Assembly (NCBI GenBank): GCA_965261085.1
Contig: OZ253442.1
Location: 2,592,001-2,656,000 of the forward strand
Length of the DNA stretch: 64,000 bases
Reading direction: 5' to 3'
From: a bacterium
Lineage (GTDB): Bacteria; UBA8248
Below the pieces are notes generated by a model. That model searched no databases and was not told the origin of the DNA. It saw only the letters and a program-made list of their open reading frames with translations. A program made the translations under genes and the position numbers. Shown piece after piece: positions 32,445-41,356 of this stretch (position 1 is its first letter; every line of letters begins with the position of its first letter).

Positions 32445-33668
32445 ATGACGACTCGCCTCCAAGGAAAACCCCTCACCGTTCGTGGACATCCCGTGGATGA
32501 AGGTGCTCTTCGTCAGATAGAGTGCTGCCTCGCCGATGATGAAGCGCAAGCAGGCGCCCTATGCGCCGATCACCATCTGGGTTATTCCATGCCCATCGGT
32601 GGGATCATCGCCTACGAGAACGCCATATCACCGAGTGGCGTGGGCTATGACATCGCTTGCGGAAACAAAGCCATCAGGACGAACCTGAAAGCCTCGGACG
32701 TGCGCACTGATATCTCCGATATGATGGATGCGATATTTCGAAACCTGGAATTCGGCATGGGCCGGAAAAATCCTAAACCAATCGACGATGCGCTTTTTGA
32801 TGATCCCGCTTGGAAGATGCTGCCCGAGCTCGATGATTTGAAACCGCTGGCCCGCTCGCAACTGGGCACGATTGGTTCGGGCAATCACTATGTCGATTTG
32901 TTCGTCGATGAGGCGGACGACGCGCTCTGGATCGGGGTCCATTTCGGCTCCAGGGGTTTCGGCCACAAAACATGCGCCGGGTTTTTAAATCTGGCGAAAA
33001 ACCGGAGTTTCCATGACCGCCCTGCCCCTGAGGAAATACACGCCCGGGCCACCGTCTTCTCTCTCGCCTCCCCCTTGGGAGGAGACTATTTCGCCGCGAT
33101 GAAGCTGGCCGGACGTTATGCCTATGCCGGAAGGGATTATGTGGGGGAGCGTGTGCTCGATATCTTGGGAGCAAATTCTGAATGGGAAGTGCATAACCAT
33201 CATAATTTCGCCTGGGAGGAAGAGCACGACGGCAAGCGCTGTATCGTGGTTCGCAAGGGAGCCACGCCGGCCTGGCCCGGCCAGAAATGCTTTATCGGCG
33301 GGAGCATGGGCGATATTTCCGTCATTGCCGAGGGTGTGGAAACGTCGGCGTCGAAGTCTCTTCTCTACTCCACGATACATGGCGCGGGCCGGGTGATGAG
33401 CAGAACTAAGGCGGCCGGGAGGAAAAGATGGCGCAAGGGCCGTTTGATTCGCAAGGGCGGCGCGATCTCACGCGAGGAAATGAATGAGTGGATCGCGGAC
33501 ATTGGCGTTGTGCTTCGCGGAGCGGATACGGATGAGGCTCCGCAAGCCTACAAACGTCTTACAGACGTATTGAGGTTCCATAAGGATGCGCTTCGCGTAT
33601 TGCACGTGCTCAGGCCCATCGGTGTAGCGATGGCGGGACCGGAAGTACGAGATGAATTTAGAGATTAG
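32445..33668 (+). CDS. rtcB: RtcB-family RNA ligase
   Basis: GVGYDIACG, QLGTIGSGNHY, HFGSRG, HN, RKGAT, HGAGR, EAPQAYK; start may be 32430 or 32445. Confidence 0.95.
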   Translation: MTTRLQGKPLTVRGHPVDEGALRQIECCLADDEAQAGALCADHHLGYSMPIGGIIAYENAISPSGVGYDIACGNKAIRTNLKASDVRTDISDMMDAIFRNLEFGMGRKNPKPIDDALFDDPAWKMLPELDDLKPLARSQLGTIGSGNHYVDLFVDEADDALWIGVHFGSRGFGHKTCAGFLNLAKNRSFHDRPAPEEIHARATVFSLASPLGGDYFAAMKLAGRYAYAGRDYVGERVLDILGANSEWEVHNHHNFAWEEEHDGKRCIVVRKGATPAWPGQKCFIGGSMGDISVIAEGVETSASKSLLYSTIHGAGRVMSRTKAAGRKRWRKGRLIRKGGAISREEMNEWIADIGVVLRGADTDEAPQAYKRLTDVLRFHKDALRVLHVLRPIGVAMAGPEVRDEFRD

Positions 33669-33985
33669 CGTATAGGACTCTCTTCATCTTTTCGCTCGCA
33701 GTGCCGAGTGTAAGTGGCTCCTTCCTCGAGGAATTTCCCCGAATTCGTTTAACATGACTTTATGGGATAGTTTTTAGTAATCTAATCTAGATTGTTAGAT
33801 ATTATAGTTTACTCATTTGTAAATAAATGATTTATCTTAATAGATCATCTGGCCTTCCTGCTTTTTCCTCCAAACGCGAATTCCGCAAGACGCGCCTCTA
33901 CCCTGACGCCCAGATGGTGTTCTTGGCTTCAAGTCCGGCTCGCACGAAAGACGGGACGACAGATGAAAATAGACGAAATTTTTGA

Positions 33986-34987
33986 TTAGGGCCCCGGGAA
34001 AACCGGGTCGGCATGGCCTACTACGTCGAGTTCAAATCCCGCGTCGCGAATCATGCGGTGTGCTGCGGCCGACTCCTGGCCGGATGTTGTGAGGTAGCCG
34101 TCCACGAAAATCGAGTTGGCGGGAAAGAGCGCCAGAGGCTGCAATTCTCTCAGTTGGACTTCCCTTCCCCCGGCGACGCGAATTTCGGAACGGGGATTAT
34201 AGAAGCGCATCAGGCACAACAGCTTGAGGCAGGTTATCGGCCCAAGCAAGGGCCTCCCCTCGAGCGGTGTGCCGCTGATCGAGTTGAGAAAGTTGACCGG
34301 TATGGATTCGGGCGCGAGCTCACTCAGCGCCTCACAAACGGCGATGACGTCGTCGGTGTTCTCCCCTTGCCCGAAAATGACCCCGGAGCACAATTCGAGC
34401 CCTGCCCCACGCGCCGCACTCAGGGTGTCCATGCGGTCGTCATAGGTATGCGTGGAGCAGATTTGGGGATAATAGCGCGCGCTCGTATTGAGGTTGTGGT
34501 TAAAACGGTCGACGCCCGCCTCGTTGAGCCTGGCGGCCTGGGAGGCTTCCACCAGGCCGAGAGAACAGCACACGGAAAGGCGATGGCGTGATTTGATTCT
34601 GGAGACGGCGCGGCAGAGTTTTTCAATTTCCGCATCCGAAGGCCCCCGAGCGCTGATGACGATGCAATAGCGTCTTGAGCCGGCAGACTCGGCCCGCGAA
34701 GCTCCTTCGAGGAGCTGTTCTTCATCCACCAGCTCGTATCTGTCGATTTCAGCGCTGGAGACGGCGGATTGAGAGCAATAGCCGCAATCCTCCGGGCAGA
34801 TGCCGCTTTTGGCGTTGATGAGGTAGTGAATCTGCACTTTTTTTCCGAAATAGGCTTGCCGCACAGAAAAGGCGGCGTCGAGAAGCTGAAGGATCTCATC
34901 ATCCGGCGCGTTGATGATCGAGAGCGCCTCGTCTCGTTCGGGTCTTTCATCTTCAAGGGCGCGCCGCGCCAATTCGTGGTAATTCAA
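33986..34987 (-). CDS. bioB: Biotin synthase
   Basis: CPEDCGYCSQS radical-SAM motif, NHNLNTS, CSGVIFG, SIPVNFL, AGGRE, ANSIF; TTG start after GAAGGA. Confidence 0.96.
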   Translation of the reverse strand: MNYHELARRALEDERPERDEALSIINAPDDEILQLLDAAFSVRQAYFGKKVQIHYLINAKSGICPEDCGYCSQSAVSSAEIDRYELVDEEQLLEGASRAESAGSRRYCIVISARGPSDAEIEKLCRAVSRIKSRHRLSVCCSLGLVEASQAARLNEAGVDRFNHNLNTSARYYPQICSTHTYDDRMDTLSAARGAGLELCSGVIFGQGENTDDVIAVCEALSELAPESIPVNFLNSISGTPLEGRPLLGPITCLKLLCLMRFYNPRSEIRVAGGREVQLRELQPLALFPANSIFVDGYLTTSGQESAAAHRMIRDAGFELDVVGHADPVFPGP

Positions 34988-35108
34988 AGCAGCTTTCCTT
35001 CTATTGGGCGTCTGCCCAAAACTTAACGCGCCACTTGCTCTTTGGCAAACGAGCGTGGCGAAGATAGACAAAATGGCCGATACTTCTCTTGTCTCTAATG
35101 TTCGTCTG

Positions 35109-35157
35109 ACCTATGATAAATTAGCTTTATGTAAACTTAAAGTAATTTATCAAAATA
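35109..35157. repeat. AT-rich imperfect palindrome containing dif-like arms
   Basis: TGATAAATTA-G-CTTTA-tgtaaact-TAAAG-TAATTTATCA; + strand reads ACCTATGATAA-N7-TTATGTAAACT. Confidence 0.55.
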
Positions 35158-35181
35158 TGGCAGTATTATACATTAAAATCA

Positions 35182-38082
35182 ATGAGGTATAGGGTGGAAG
35201 TTATCTCAACACTTGAACAAGAATTACGCGTAGCCATTGATGGTGAAGCGCGCTTCGATGCTTTCACCAGAAAAATATACAGCACCGACGCGAGCATGTA
35301 CGAAATAGAACCCGTGGGCCTCGTGCTGCCTAAAACGGACGCCGATGTGCAAAAAACGCTTCAAATCGCTCAAAGACACAACGTCGCCATCCTGCCCCGG
35401 GGCGGCGGCACAAGCCTCGCCGGCCAGACCGTGGGCGAAGCATTGATACTCGATTTTTCGAAATACATGAACCAGGTGCTCGAATTAGACGCCAATGAAG
35501 AATGGGCGCGCGTTCAGCCGGGGCTGGTGCAGGATCATTTTAACGATTACTTAAGCCCTCACGGATTCGTCTTCGGCCCCAACACATCCACGAGCAGCCG
35601 CGCCACCATCGGCGGCATGCTGGGGAACAACTCCTCCGGTTCGCGATCTATCGTCTACGGGAAGACGGTGGATCACGTCATCGAAGTTTCCGGTTATTTC
35701 GTAGACGGAGAGCCCTTCTCTTTTGGACCTGTGGATGCGGAGTCTCTCGAAGAACTCATGCGTCAGGATTCGCGTACGGGCAGGCTCCATAAGGCGCTGA
35801 AAGATATCGTGGACGACCAACGGGGGGAGATTGAAGACCACTACCCCAAAATCATGCGCCGCGTGAGCGGATATAACCTCGATGAACTCGCCAGGGAGAC
35901 GCAGCCCTTCAACCTCGCCAAGCTCATGGTGGGCGCCGAGGGTACGCTGGCCGTGGTTACCGAAGCCAAGGTGCGCGTGTGCACCAAGCCCAAGGCGCTC
36001 GGCGTCCTGGTGGTTCATTTCCACAGCATCGAAGAGGCTCTCGCCGCGAGCACGATTATTTTGGCCCACGACGTGGCGGCGATAGAGATCATCGACAGGG
36101 TGATCATCGAGCTCGCCAAGCAAAACCTCGAAGCCCAGCGCCTCATGAGTAGCTTCGTGGTGGGCGATCCCGATTCTTTCCTGACGGTTGAGTTTTTCGC
36201 CGAAAACGACGATGAGGCCAAAGAGAAAGTCAGGCGCTTACACGATGAACTGGAAGCGAAGAACATCGGCTACGCGCGCGTTCCGCTGGATGATCCCGCC
36301 CACAAGCAGGATTGCCTGAACATGCGAAAAGCGGGATTGGGCTTTCTCCTCGGACGACGGGGCGACTGGAAGCCCTACGCCTTCGTGGAGGATTGCGCGG
36401 TGGCCCCCGAGCGTCTCCTGGATTATTACCGGCACTTCGAGGCCATCATGAAGAAGTACGATACGGCTACCTCCTACTATGGCCACACGAGCGTGGGCCT
36501 GCTGCACCTGCGCCCGCTCATTAACCTCAAAGACAATGCGGAGATCGGGAAAATGGCCGCCATCGCCGAGGAGGTCTCGGACCTCGTGCTCGAATACGGC
36601 GGCGCCATGAGCGGAGAGCACGGCGATGGTCTGGCGAGAAGCCAGTGGATACCCAAATTCTTCGGTGAAAAACTCTATGGCGCATTCGTCGAGGTGAAGC
36701 GGCTCTTCGACCCGGAGAACCGGATGAACCCGGGAAAAATCGTACATGCCCTTCCCTTCACGCAGAATCTGCGCTTCGACGGTTCTTACAAGACCCCTGA
36801 GATACCGACCATCATGGATTTCTCGAGCGACGGCGGTTTCGCGCGCGCCGTTGAGCTTTGCAACGGGGTGGGCGCTTGCCGCAAGCGAGACGGCACGATG
36901 TGCCCATCCTATCAGGCGACGATGGAGGAGGAGCACTCCACGCGCGGGCGGGCGAACGCGCTCAGGGAAGTCATCACGAACGGAATACCCGGAGAGGATC
37001 TGGGCAGCGAGCGCCTCTATGAGGTACTGGACCTTTGTCTATCGTGTAAGGGTTGCAAGGCGGAGTGTCCCTCGAGCGTGGACATGGCGAAGATCAAGGC
37101 GGAGGTGCTTCAGGCTTACTACGACAAGAACGGCGTGCCCCTGCGCGTGCGTATGATGGGCCGCATCGCGCGCATCAACCGCCTGAGCGCCCCGGTGGCG
37201 CCCATTGTGAACTGGACCCTTGGGAATCGCCTTGTGCGCTCCCTGCTGGACAGGTTCTTAGGCATCGACAAGCGAAGAAGGCTCCCCCCCTTGGTGACGC
37301 CCACCTTCGAGGATTGGTTCGAGGCTCGTCCCGCATCCCGAAACAAATCCTCGGCGCGGGGAAAGGTTTTGTTCTTAAACGATACGTTTACGAACTTTAA
37401 TTGCCCCGAAATCGGTAAAGCCGCGGTCAAGGTGCTGGAGGCGGCCGGCTTCGAGGTCGGGCTCGCAGATACGGGTTGCTGCGGGCGGCCCATGATATCG
37501 CACGGCCTTTTGCGCGAGGGTCAGAAGCTGGCGGAGGAGAACATTTCGAGGTTATCCCCCGCGATAGAGGCGGGCCTGCCGATCATCGGGGTCGAGCCGA
37601 GTTGTCTGCTCACTTTTCGGGATGAATATCTGGACCTCGTGGCGGGCGATGCGCCCAAACGCCTCGCGGAGAATTCCTACATGCTCGAGGAATTTTTGCA
37701 AAGCCTGCACGATAAGGGTGAACTCGACCTAAAATTCAAGTCCCCGAAACAGCAGAAAGCCCTGTTTCATGGCCATTGCCACCAGAAAGCCCTGGTGGGA
37801 ACAGGCCCCTCCTTGGGGGTCCTAGGCATGATTCCCGATTTGGAGGTGACTCAGATCCCTTCGGGCTGCTGCGGCATGGCGGGTTCGTTCGGCTACGAGA
37901 AAGAACATTTCGACATCTCGCTCGCCATCGGCGAGACGAAACTCTTCCCTGCTCTTAGAGCAGGCGCAGAAGACGCCACGACCATCGCCAATGGCGTTTC
38001 CTGCCGACAGCAAATCTCGGCCGGCGTCGGCAAAAAGGCGCTCCACATCGCCGAGGTGCTCGCCGACGCGCTAGATGAGTAG
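35182..38082 (+). CDS. FAD-linked oxidase with C-terminal Fe-S/CCG domains (YdiJ/GlcDF-like 2-hydroxyacid dehydrogenase)
   Basis: PRGGGTSLAGQ, SGEHGDG, NPGK, CNGVGAC, CLSCKGCKAEC, CCG motifs. Confidence 0.9.
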   Translation: MRYRVEVISTLEQELRVAIDGEARFDAFTRKIYSTDASMYEIEPVGLVLPKTDADVQKTLQIAQRHNVAILPRGGGTSLAGQTVGEALILDFSKYMNQVLELDANEEWARVQPGLVQDHFNDYLSPHGFVFGPNTSTSSRATIGGMLGNNSSGSRSIVYGKTVDHVIEVSGYFVDGEPFSFGPVDAESLEELMRQDSRTGRLHKALKDIVDDQRGEIEDHYPKIMRRVSGYNLDELARETQPFNLAKLMVGAEGTLAVVTEAKVRVCTKPKALGVLVVHFHSIEEALAASTIILAHDVAAIEIIDRVIIELAKQNLEAQRLMSSFVVGDPDSFLTVEFFAENDDEAKEKVRRLHDELEAKNIGYARVPLDDPAHKQDCLNMRKAGLGFLLGRRGDWKPYAFVEDCAVAPERLLDYYRHFEAIMKKYDTATSYYGHTSVGLLHLRPLINLKDNAEIGKMAAIAEEVSDLVLEYGGAMSGEHGDGLARSQWIPKFFGEKLYGAFVEVKRLFDPENRMNPGKIVHALPFTQNLRFDGSYKTPEIPTIMDFSSDGGFARAVELCNGVGACRKRDGTMCPSYQATMEEEHSTRGRANALREVITNGIPGEDLGSERLYEVLDLCLSCKGCKAECPSSVDMAKIKAEVLQAYYDKNGVPLRVRMMGRIARINRLSAPVAPIVNWTLGNRLVRSLLDRFLGIDKRRRLPPLVTPTFEDWFEARPASRNKSSARGKVLFLNDTFTNFNCPEIGKAAVKVLEAAGFEVGLADTGCCGRPMISHGLLREGQKLAEENISRLSPAIEAGLPIIGVEPSCLLTFRDEYLDLVAGDAPKRLAENSYMLEEFLQSLHDKGELDLKFKSPKQQKALFHGHCHQKALVGTGPSLGVLGMIPDLEVTQIPSGCCGMAGSFGYEKEHFDISLAIGETKLFPALRAGAEDATTIANGVSCRQQISAGVGKKALHIAEVLADALDE

Positions 38083-38112
38083 GATTTATTCTTTCAAATA
38101 CATTTAATAAAC

Positions 38113-38143
38113 AATGACATGAAAAGAAGTTCTTTATGTCATT
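38113..38143. terminator. AT-rich hairpin between convergent genes, possibly a bidirectional terminator
   Basis: AATGACAT...ATGTCATT inverted repeat. Confidence 0.35.
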
Positions 38144-38154
38144 TCTTATATTTC

Positions 38155-39249
38155 CTAATCCGGATTCCGTATGACGGAACGCAGGGTTTCACCGCGTTCC
38201 ATGGCCTCGAAGGCGGGTTCCACGTCTTCCAGTCCGATGACTTTCGTGACCATTCGGTCGAGGTCCAGTTCTCCTTTCTCGTACCAATCGGCGAGAAGCG
38301 GGAAATCCCTCGAAGGTAGACAATCCCCGTACCAGGACACGCGCAGCGCACCGCCCAGGCCGAAGAACTGGAGCATCGGCAATTCCACCATCATGTCGGG
38401 GGCAGGCACGCCGATGAGCGTGCAGGCGCCGGCCAGGTCGCGCGACCACAACGCCTGGAGAAGCGTCTGGGGCGTTCCCACGGCCTCGAAGGAATAATCG
38501 ACGCCGTTCCCGCCGGTGAGGTCCTTGATCGCTTCCACCGGGTCGGTTTCCGAGGCGTTTACGACGTCGGTGGCGCCGAATTCCCTGGCCCAGGCCAGTT
38601 TGTTATCGGCGATGTCGACGGCGATGATTTTAGATGCGCGCGACATTTTCGCGCCCATGATGACGCTGCAGCCCACGCCGCCGCATCCATACACCGCCAC
38701 GCTGCTCCCGCGCCTCACCTGCGCCGTGTAGAGCGTAGCGCCCACGCCCGTCATGACGCCGCAGCCAATCAAACAGGCCTGCTCCGGCGTGCAGGCGGTG
38801 GGTACTTTCACCGCCTGCTTGGCGGCGACGATGGTGTGCGTGCAGAACGTACCGATGCCGAGGGAGGGACTTAAGACTTGGCCGTCTTTTTTTACTCGCA
38901 TCTTGGAGGCCGCGTTCAGGCTGGCGGCGCAAAGGTTGAACTGGCCGATGGAGCAGAAGCGGCAGACGCCGCAGGGGGCGCGCCAAGCCAGAACGACGTA
39001 GTCGCCCACGGCCAGGTCGGATACTCCCTCCCCCACTTCCTGAACGATTCCCGAGCCCTCATGACCGAGGAGATAGGGGAATTCATCCCCGATTTTTCCG
39101 AGTTTATAGTGTAAGTCCGTGTGGCAGACGCCGCTGGCCTGGATTTTCACCAGCACCTCGCCGGGGCCCGGGGAGTCGAGTTCGATTTCTTCCACTTCCG
39201 TGCGCTCGCCCGCTTTTCTTGAAATCACGCCATGGCCGATGATGCTCAT
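38155..39249 (-). CDS. Zn-dependent dehydrogenase, S-(hydroxymethyl)mycothiol dehydrogenase (MscR)-like
   Basis: GVCHTDLHY, FPYLLGHEG, structural Zn Cys4, GCGVMTG, GCGGVG, SWYGDCLPSRDFP. Confidence 0.85.
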   Translation of the reverse strand: MSIIGHGVISRKAGERTEVEEIELDSPGPGEVLVKIQASGVCHTDLHYKLGKIGDEFPYLLGHEGSGIVQEVGEGVSDLAVGDYVVLAWRAPCGVCRFCSIGQFNLCAASLNAASKMRVKKDGQVLSPSLGIGTFCTHTIVAAKQAVKVPTACTPEQACLIGCGVMTGVGATLYTAQVRRGSSVAVYGCGGVGCSVIMGAKMSRASKIIAVDIADNKLAWAREFGATDVVNASETDPVEAIKDLTGGNGVDYSFEAVGTPQTLLQALWSRDLAGACTLIGVPAPDMMVELPMLQFFGLGGALRVSWYGDCLPSRDFPLLADWYEKGELDLDRMVTKVIGLEDVEPAFEAMERGETLRSVIRNPD

Positions 39250-39367
39250 ACGCTTCCTCCCAGGTCGTATCCTTTTGATGCGCTCGCTATAATGCGCCGC
39301 GCAAACTGGAAATTTCCATCCATTACGTCATTTTCCCCCACGAGGGATTATCACGCAAGGAGTCGAC

Positions 39368-40558
39368 ATGTCCGAAGAATGGTATCCGCGTTTCTCCGAG
39401 AAAGAAATGAGCAGGCGACATGCGGCGGCGAAGGATTTGATGGACGAAGAAGGGCTTGACGCTCTTTTGTTCTTTGGCCTCGGGGGAACGAACCGTAACG
39501 CGCAGGCGAACATCTACTGGCTTTCATGCTACCGGGATTTCAACCACTGCTATCTGATTTTTCCAAAAGAAGGCCCCCCTTCCCTCTTCACGGGCCTCTA
39601 CAACCATCTGCATAACGCGCAAATGCAGTGCATCTTCGAGGACGTGCGTCATGGAGCCTACGGCAATCCCGAGCGCATGGCGGATCAACTCGACGCTCTG
39701 GAGCTCGGGAATGCGCGCATCGGTCTGGTGGGCATAAACCCCCGCTTCAAGATTCTGCTTCCCTTCGAGCACATGGAATATCTGACGACGCGCTTCCCGG
39801 AGGCGCAGTGGATGGACGTGAGCGCCAGATTCAGGGACCTGAGGCTGATCAAGAGCGATGAGGAAATTGAATGGCTGACCGAGGCGGCGCGGCTCACTGA
39901 CCTCGCCATGGAAGCAGCCACCATCCATGCGAAACCGGGCATTCCCGAAATCGAACTCTCGGGCCGGATGGCCGCTGCGTTCAGGGAGCAAGGCGGCGAG
40001 CAGATGGTGCAGTTCGTGACGGCCACGCCGATGGCCAATCCCCGCACGCCCGTCCCCTGGCAGAACCCCACGAGGCGAAAGCTCGAGGCGGGCGACGTAC
40101 TCATCATGGAGATCAGCGCGGCGTATTATGGCTATGCGGGCCAGAGCTTGCGCACCTTCACCATCGGGGCGGACCCCACACCTCCTTATCAGGCGTTGCT
40201 CGACGCCGCCATCGAGGTGTTCGAGGGCGTGGGCAAAACGATGAAGGCGGGAAATTACGCACAGGCCGTTTTCGAGGCCACCGACCCGCTGCCCGAGAGA
40301 GGTTTTCAAATCTACGATTCCCTCGCCCACGGCTTCGGCACGGACTTGCTTCAGCCCTCCATCGGCATCAGGGGCTCGAACTATCTCGCACCGCCGGCCG
40401 ATTTCAAGTACCGCGAAAACATGGTGATGGTGATTCAGCCGAACCCCATGGATTCAGAAGGCCGGGGCGTACAGATGGGTGATATGGGCATCGTCACCCA
40501 AGATGGGTTCCGCTCCCTGCACACCTTCCCCATGAAGACGTTCCGGTGCGATGGTTGA
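39368..40558 (+). CDS. M24 (Xaa-Pro peptidase/creatinase-like) family protein
   Basis: YPRFSEKE, RLIKSDEEI, RTF, HGFG, QPNP; canonical metal ligands partly substituted. Confidence 0.8.
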   Translation: MSEEWYPRFSEKEMSRRHAAAKDLMDEEGLDALLFFGLGGTNRNAQANIYWLSCYRDFNHCYLIFPKEGPPSLFTGLYNHLHNAQMQCIFEDVRHGAYGNPERMADQLDALELGNARIGLVGINPRFKILLPFEHMEYLTTRFPEAQWMDVSARFRDLRLIKSDEEIEWLTEAARLTDLAMEAATIHAKPGIPEIELSGRMAAAFREQGGEQMVQFVTATPMANPRTPVPWQNPTRRKLEAGDVLIMEISAAYYGYAGQSLRTFTIGADPTPPYQALLDAAIEVFEGVGKTMKAGNYAQAVFEATDPLPERGFQIYDSLAHGFGTDLLQPSIGIRGSNYLAPPADFKYRENMVMVIQPNPMDSEGRGVQMGDMGIVTQDGFRSLHTFPMKTFRCDG

Positions 40559-40720
40559 AGACCTTTTGCTCGACGTGATTGAGTGCTCTTTCGTCTTCTT
40601 CGTAATGCGCCCGCTCCGTCCATTGCACCATTGAGCATCCGTGCATAAAATCCGGGCGGTATAACAGCCATCCGGGATCACGACAGACATTTTTTCGTTC
40701 TTATCAAAAGGAAAGTATTC

Positions 40721-41338
40721 ATGGAATTCGTCATCAAGATTTACGACAGGCCGGAGGCGGCCGCCCTGAGAGATGTTCACCGTAAAGCGCACCTGGATTA
40801 TCTGAAGCGCTTCGACGGTGTCACCCGCTTCGCGGGTCCGTTCTTGACCGACGACGGGAAGCGCGAATTGGGCAGTTTCCGCATTCTGGACCTGGCTGAT
40901 CGCGCCGCCACGGAAGAGCACGTGGCGAATGAGCCGTTCATCATCGAAGGGATTCAGGAGCGGCCTTCGATTCGGCGCTGGCGCGGCGCAGTGCCCTACT
41001 CCTGGCGCGACTGTCCGCGAAAAGAGGGGAACCTCCAGTTTTACGTCCATGCCTTGGATAAAGCGGACGGGGGCGCGATCCGCAAGGCGCATCGTGAAGC
41101 GCACAGCGCCTATCTGACCGAGCACGGCGATTCGGTGATGGTGCGGGGCCCGTTGCTCAGCGATGACGGGGAGACCAGAAACGGCAGCGTGCTGCTCCTC
41201 GATTTTCCCGACATCGAGGCGGCGCGGGCGTTCTGGGCGGAGGAGCCCTATAACCGCTTGGGCCTGTATGAGAGCGTGGAGTTCTACGCCTGGCGTTTCG
41301 GGCGGGTGTTCGATCGCTTCAAAATGCCGGCGGAGTGA
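40721..41338 (+). CDS. Tandem YciI-domain protein
   Basis: Two copies of D..R..HR.AH..YL...GP.L.DDG...GS..EPF/Y. Confidence 0.85.
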   Translation: MEFVIKIYDRPEAAALRDVHRKAHLDYLKRFDGVTRFAGPFLTDDGKRELGSFRILDLADRAATEEHVANEPFIIEGIQERPSIRRWRGAVPYSWRDCPRKEGNLQFYVHALDKADGGAIRKAHREAHSAYLTEHGDSVMVRGPLLSDDGETRNGSVLLLDFPDIEAARAFWAEEPYNRLGLYESVEFYAWRFGRVFDRFKMPAE

Positions 41339-41356
41339 TTTTCATACCACCCATAT

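Noticed and set aside
35125-35160. BirA operator upstream of bioB
   Set aside because: Only one TGTAAAC half-site; no partner at the 14-16 nt spacing.
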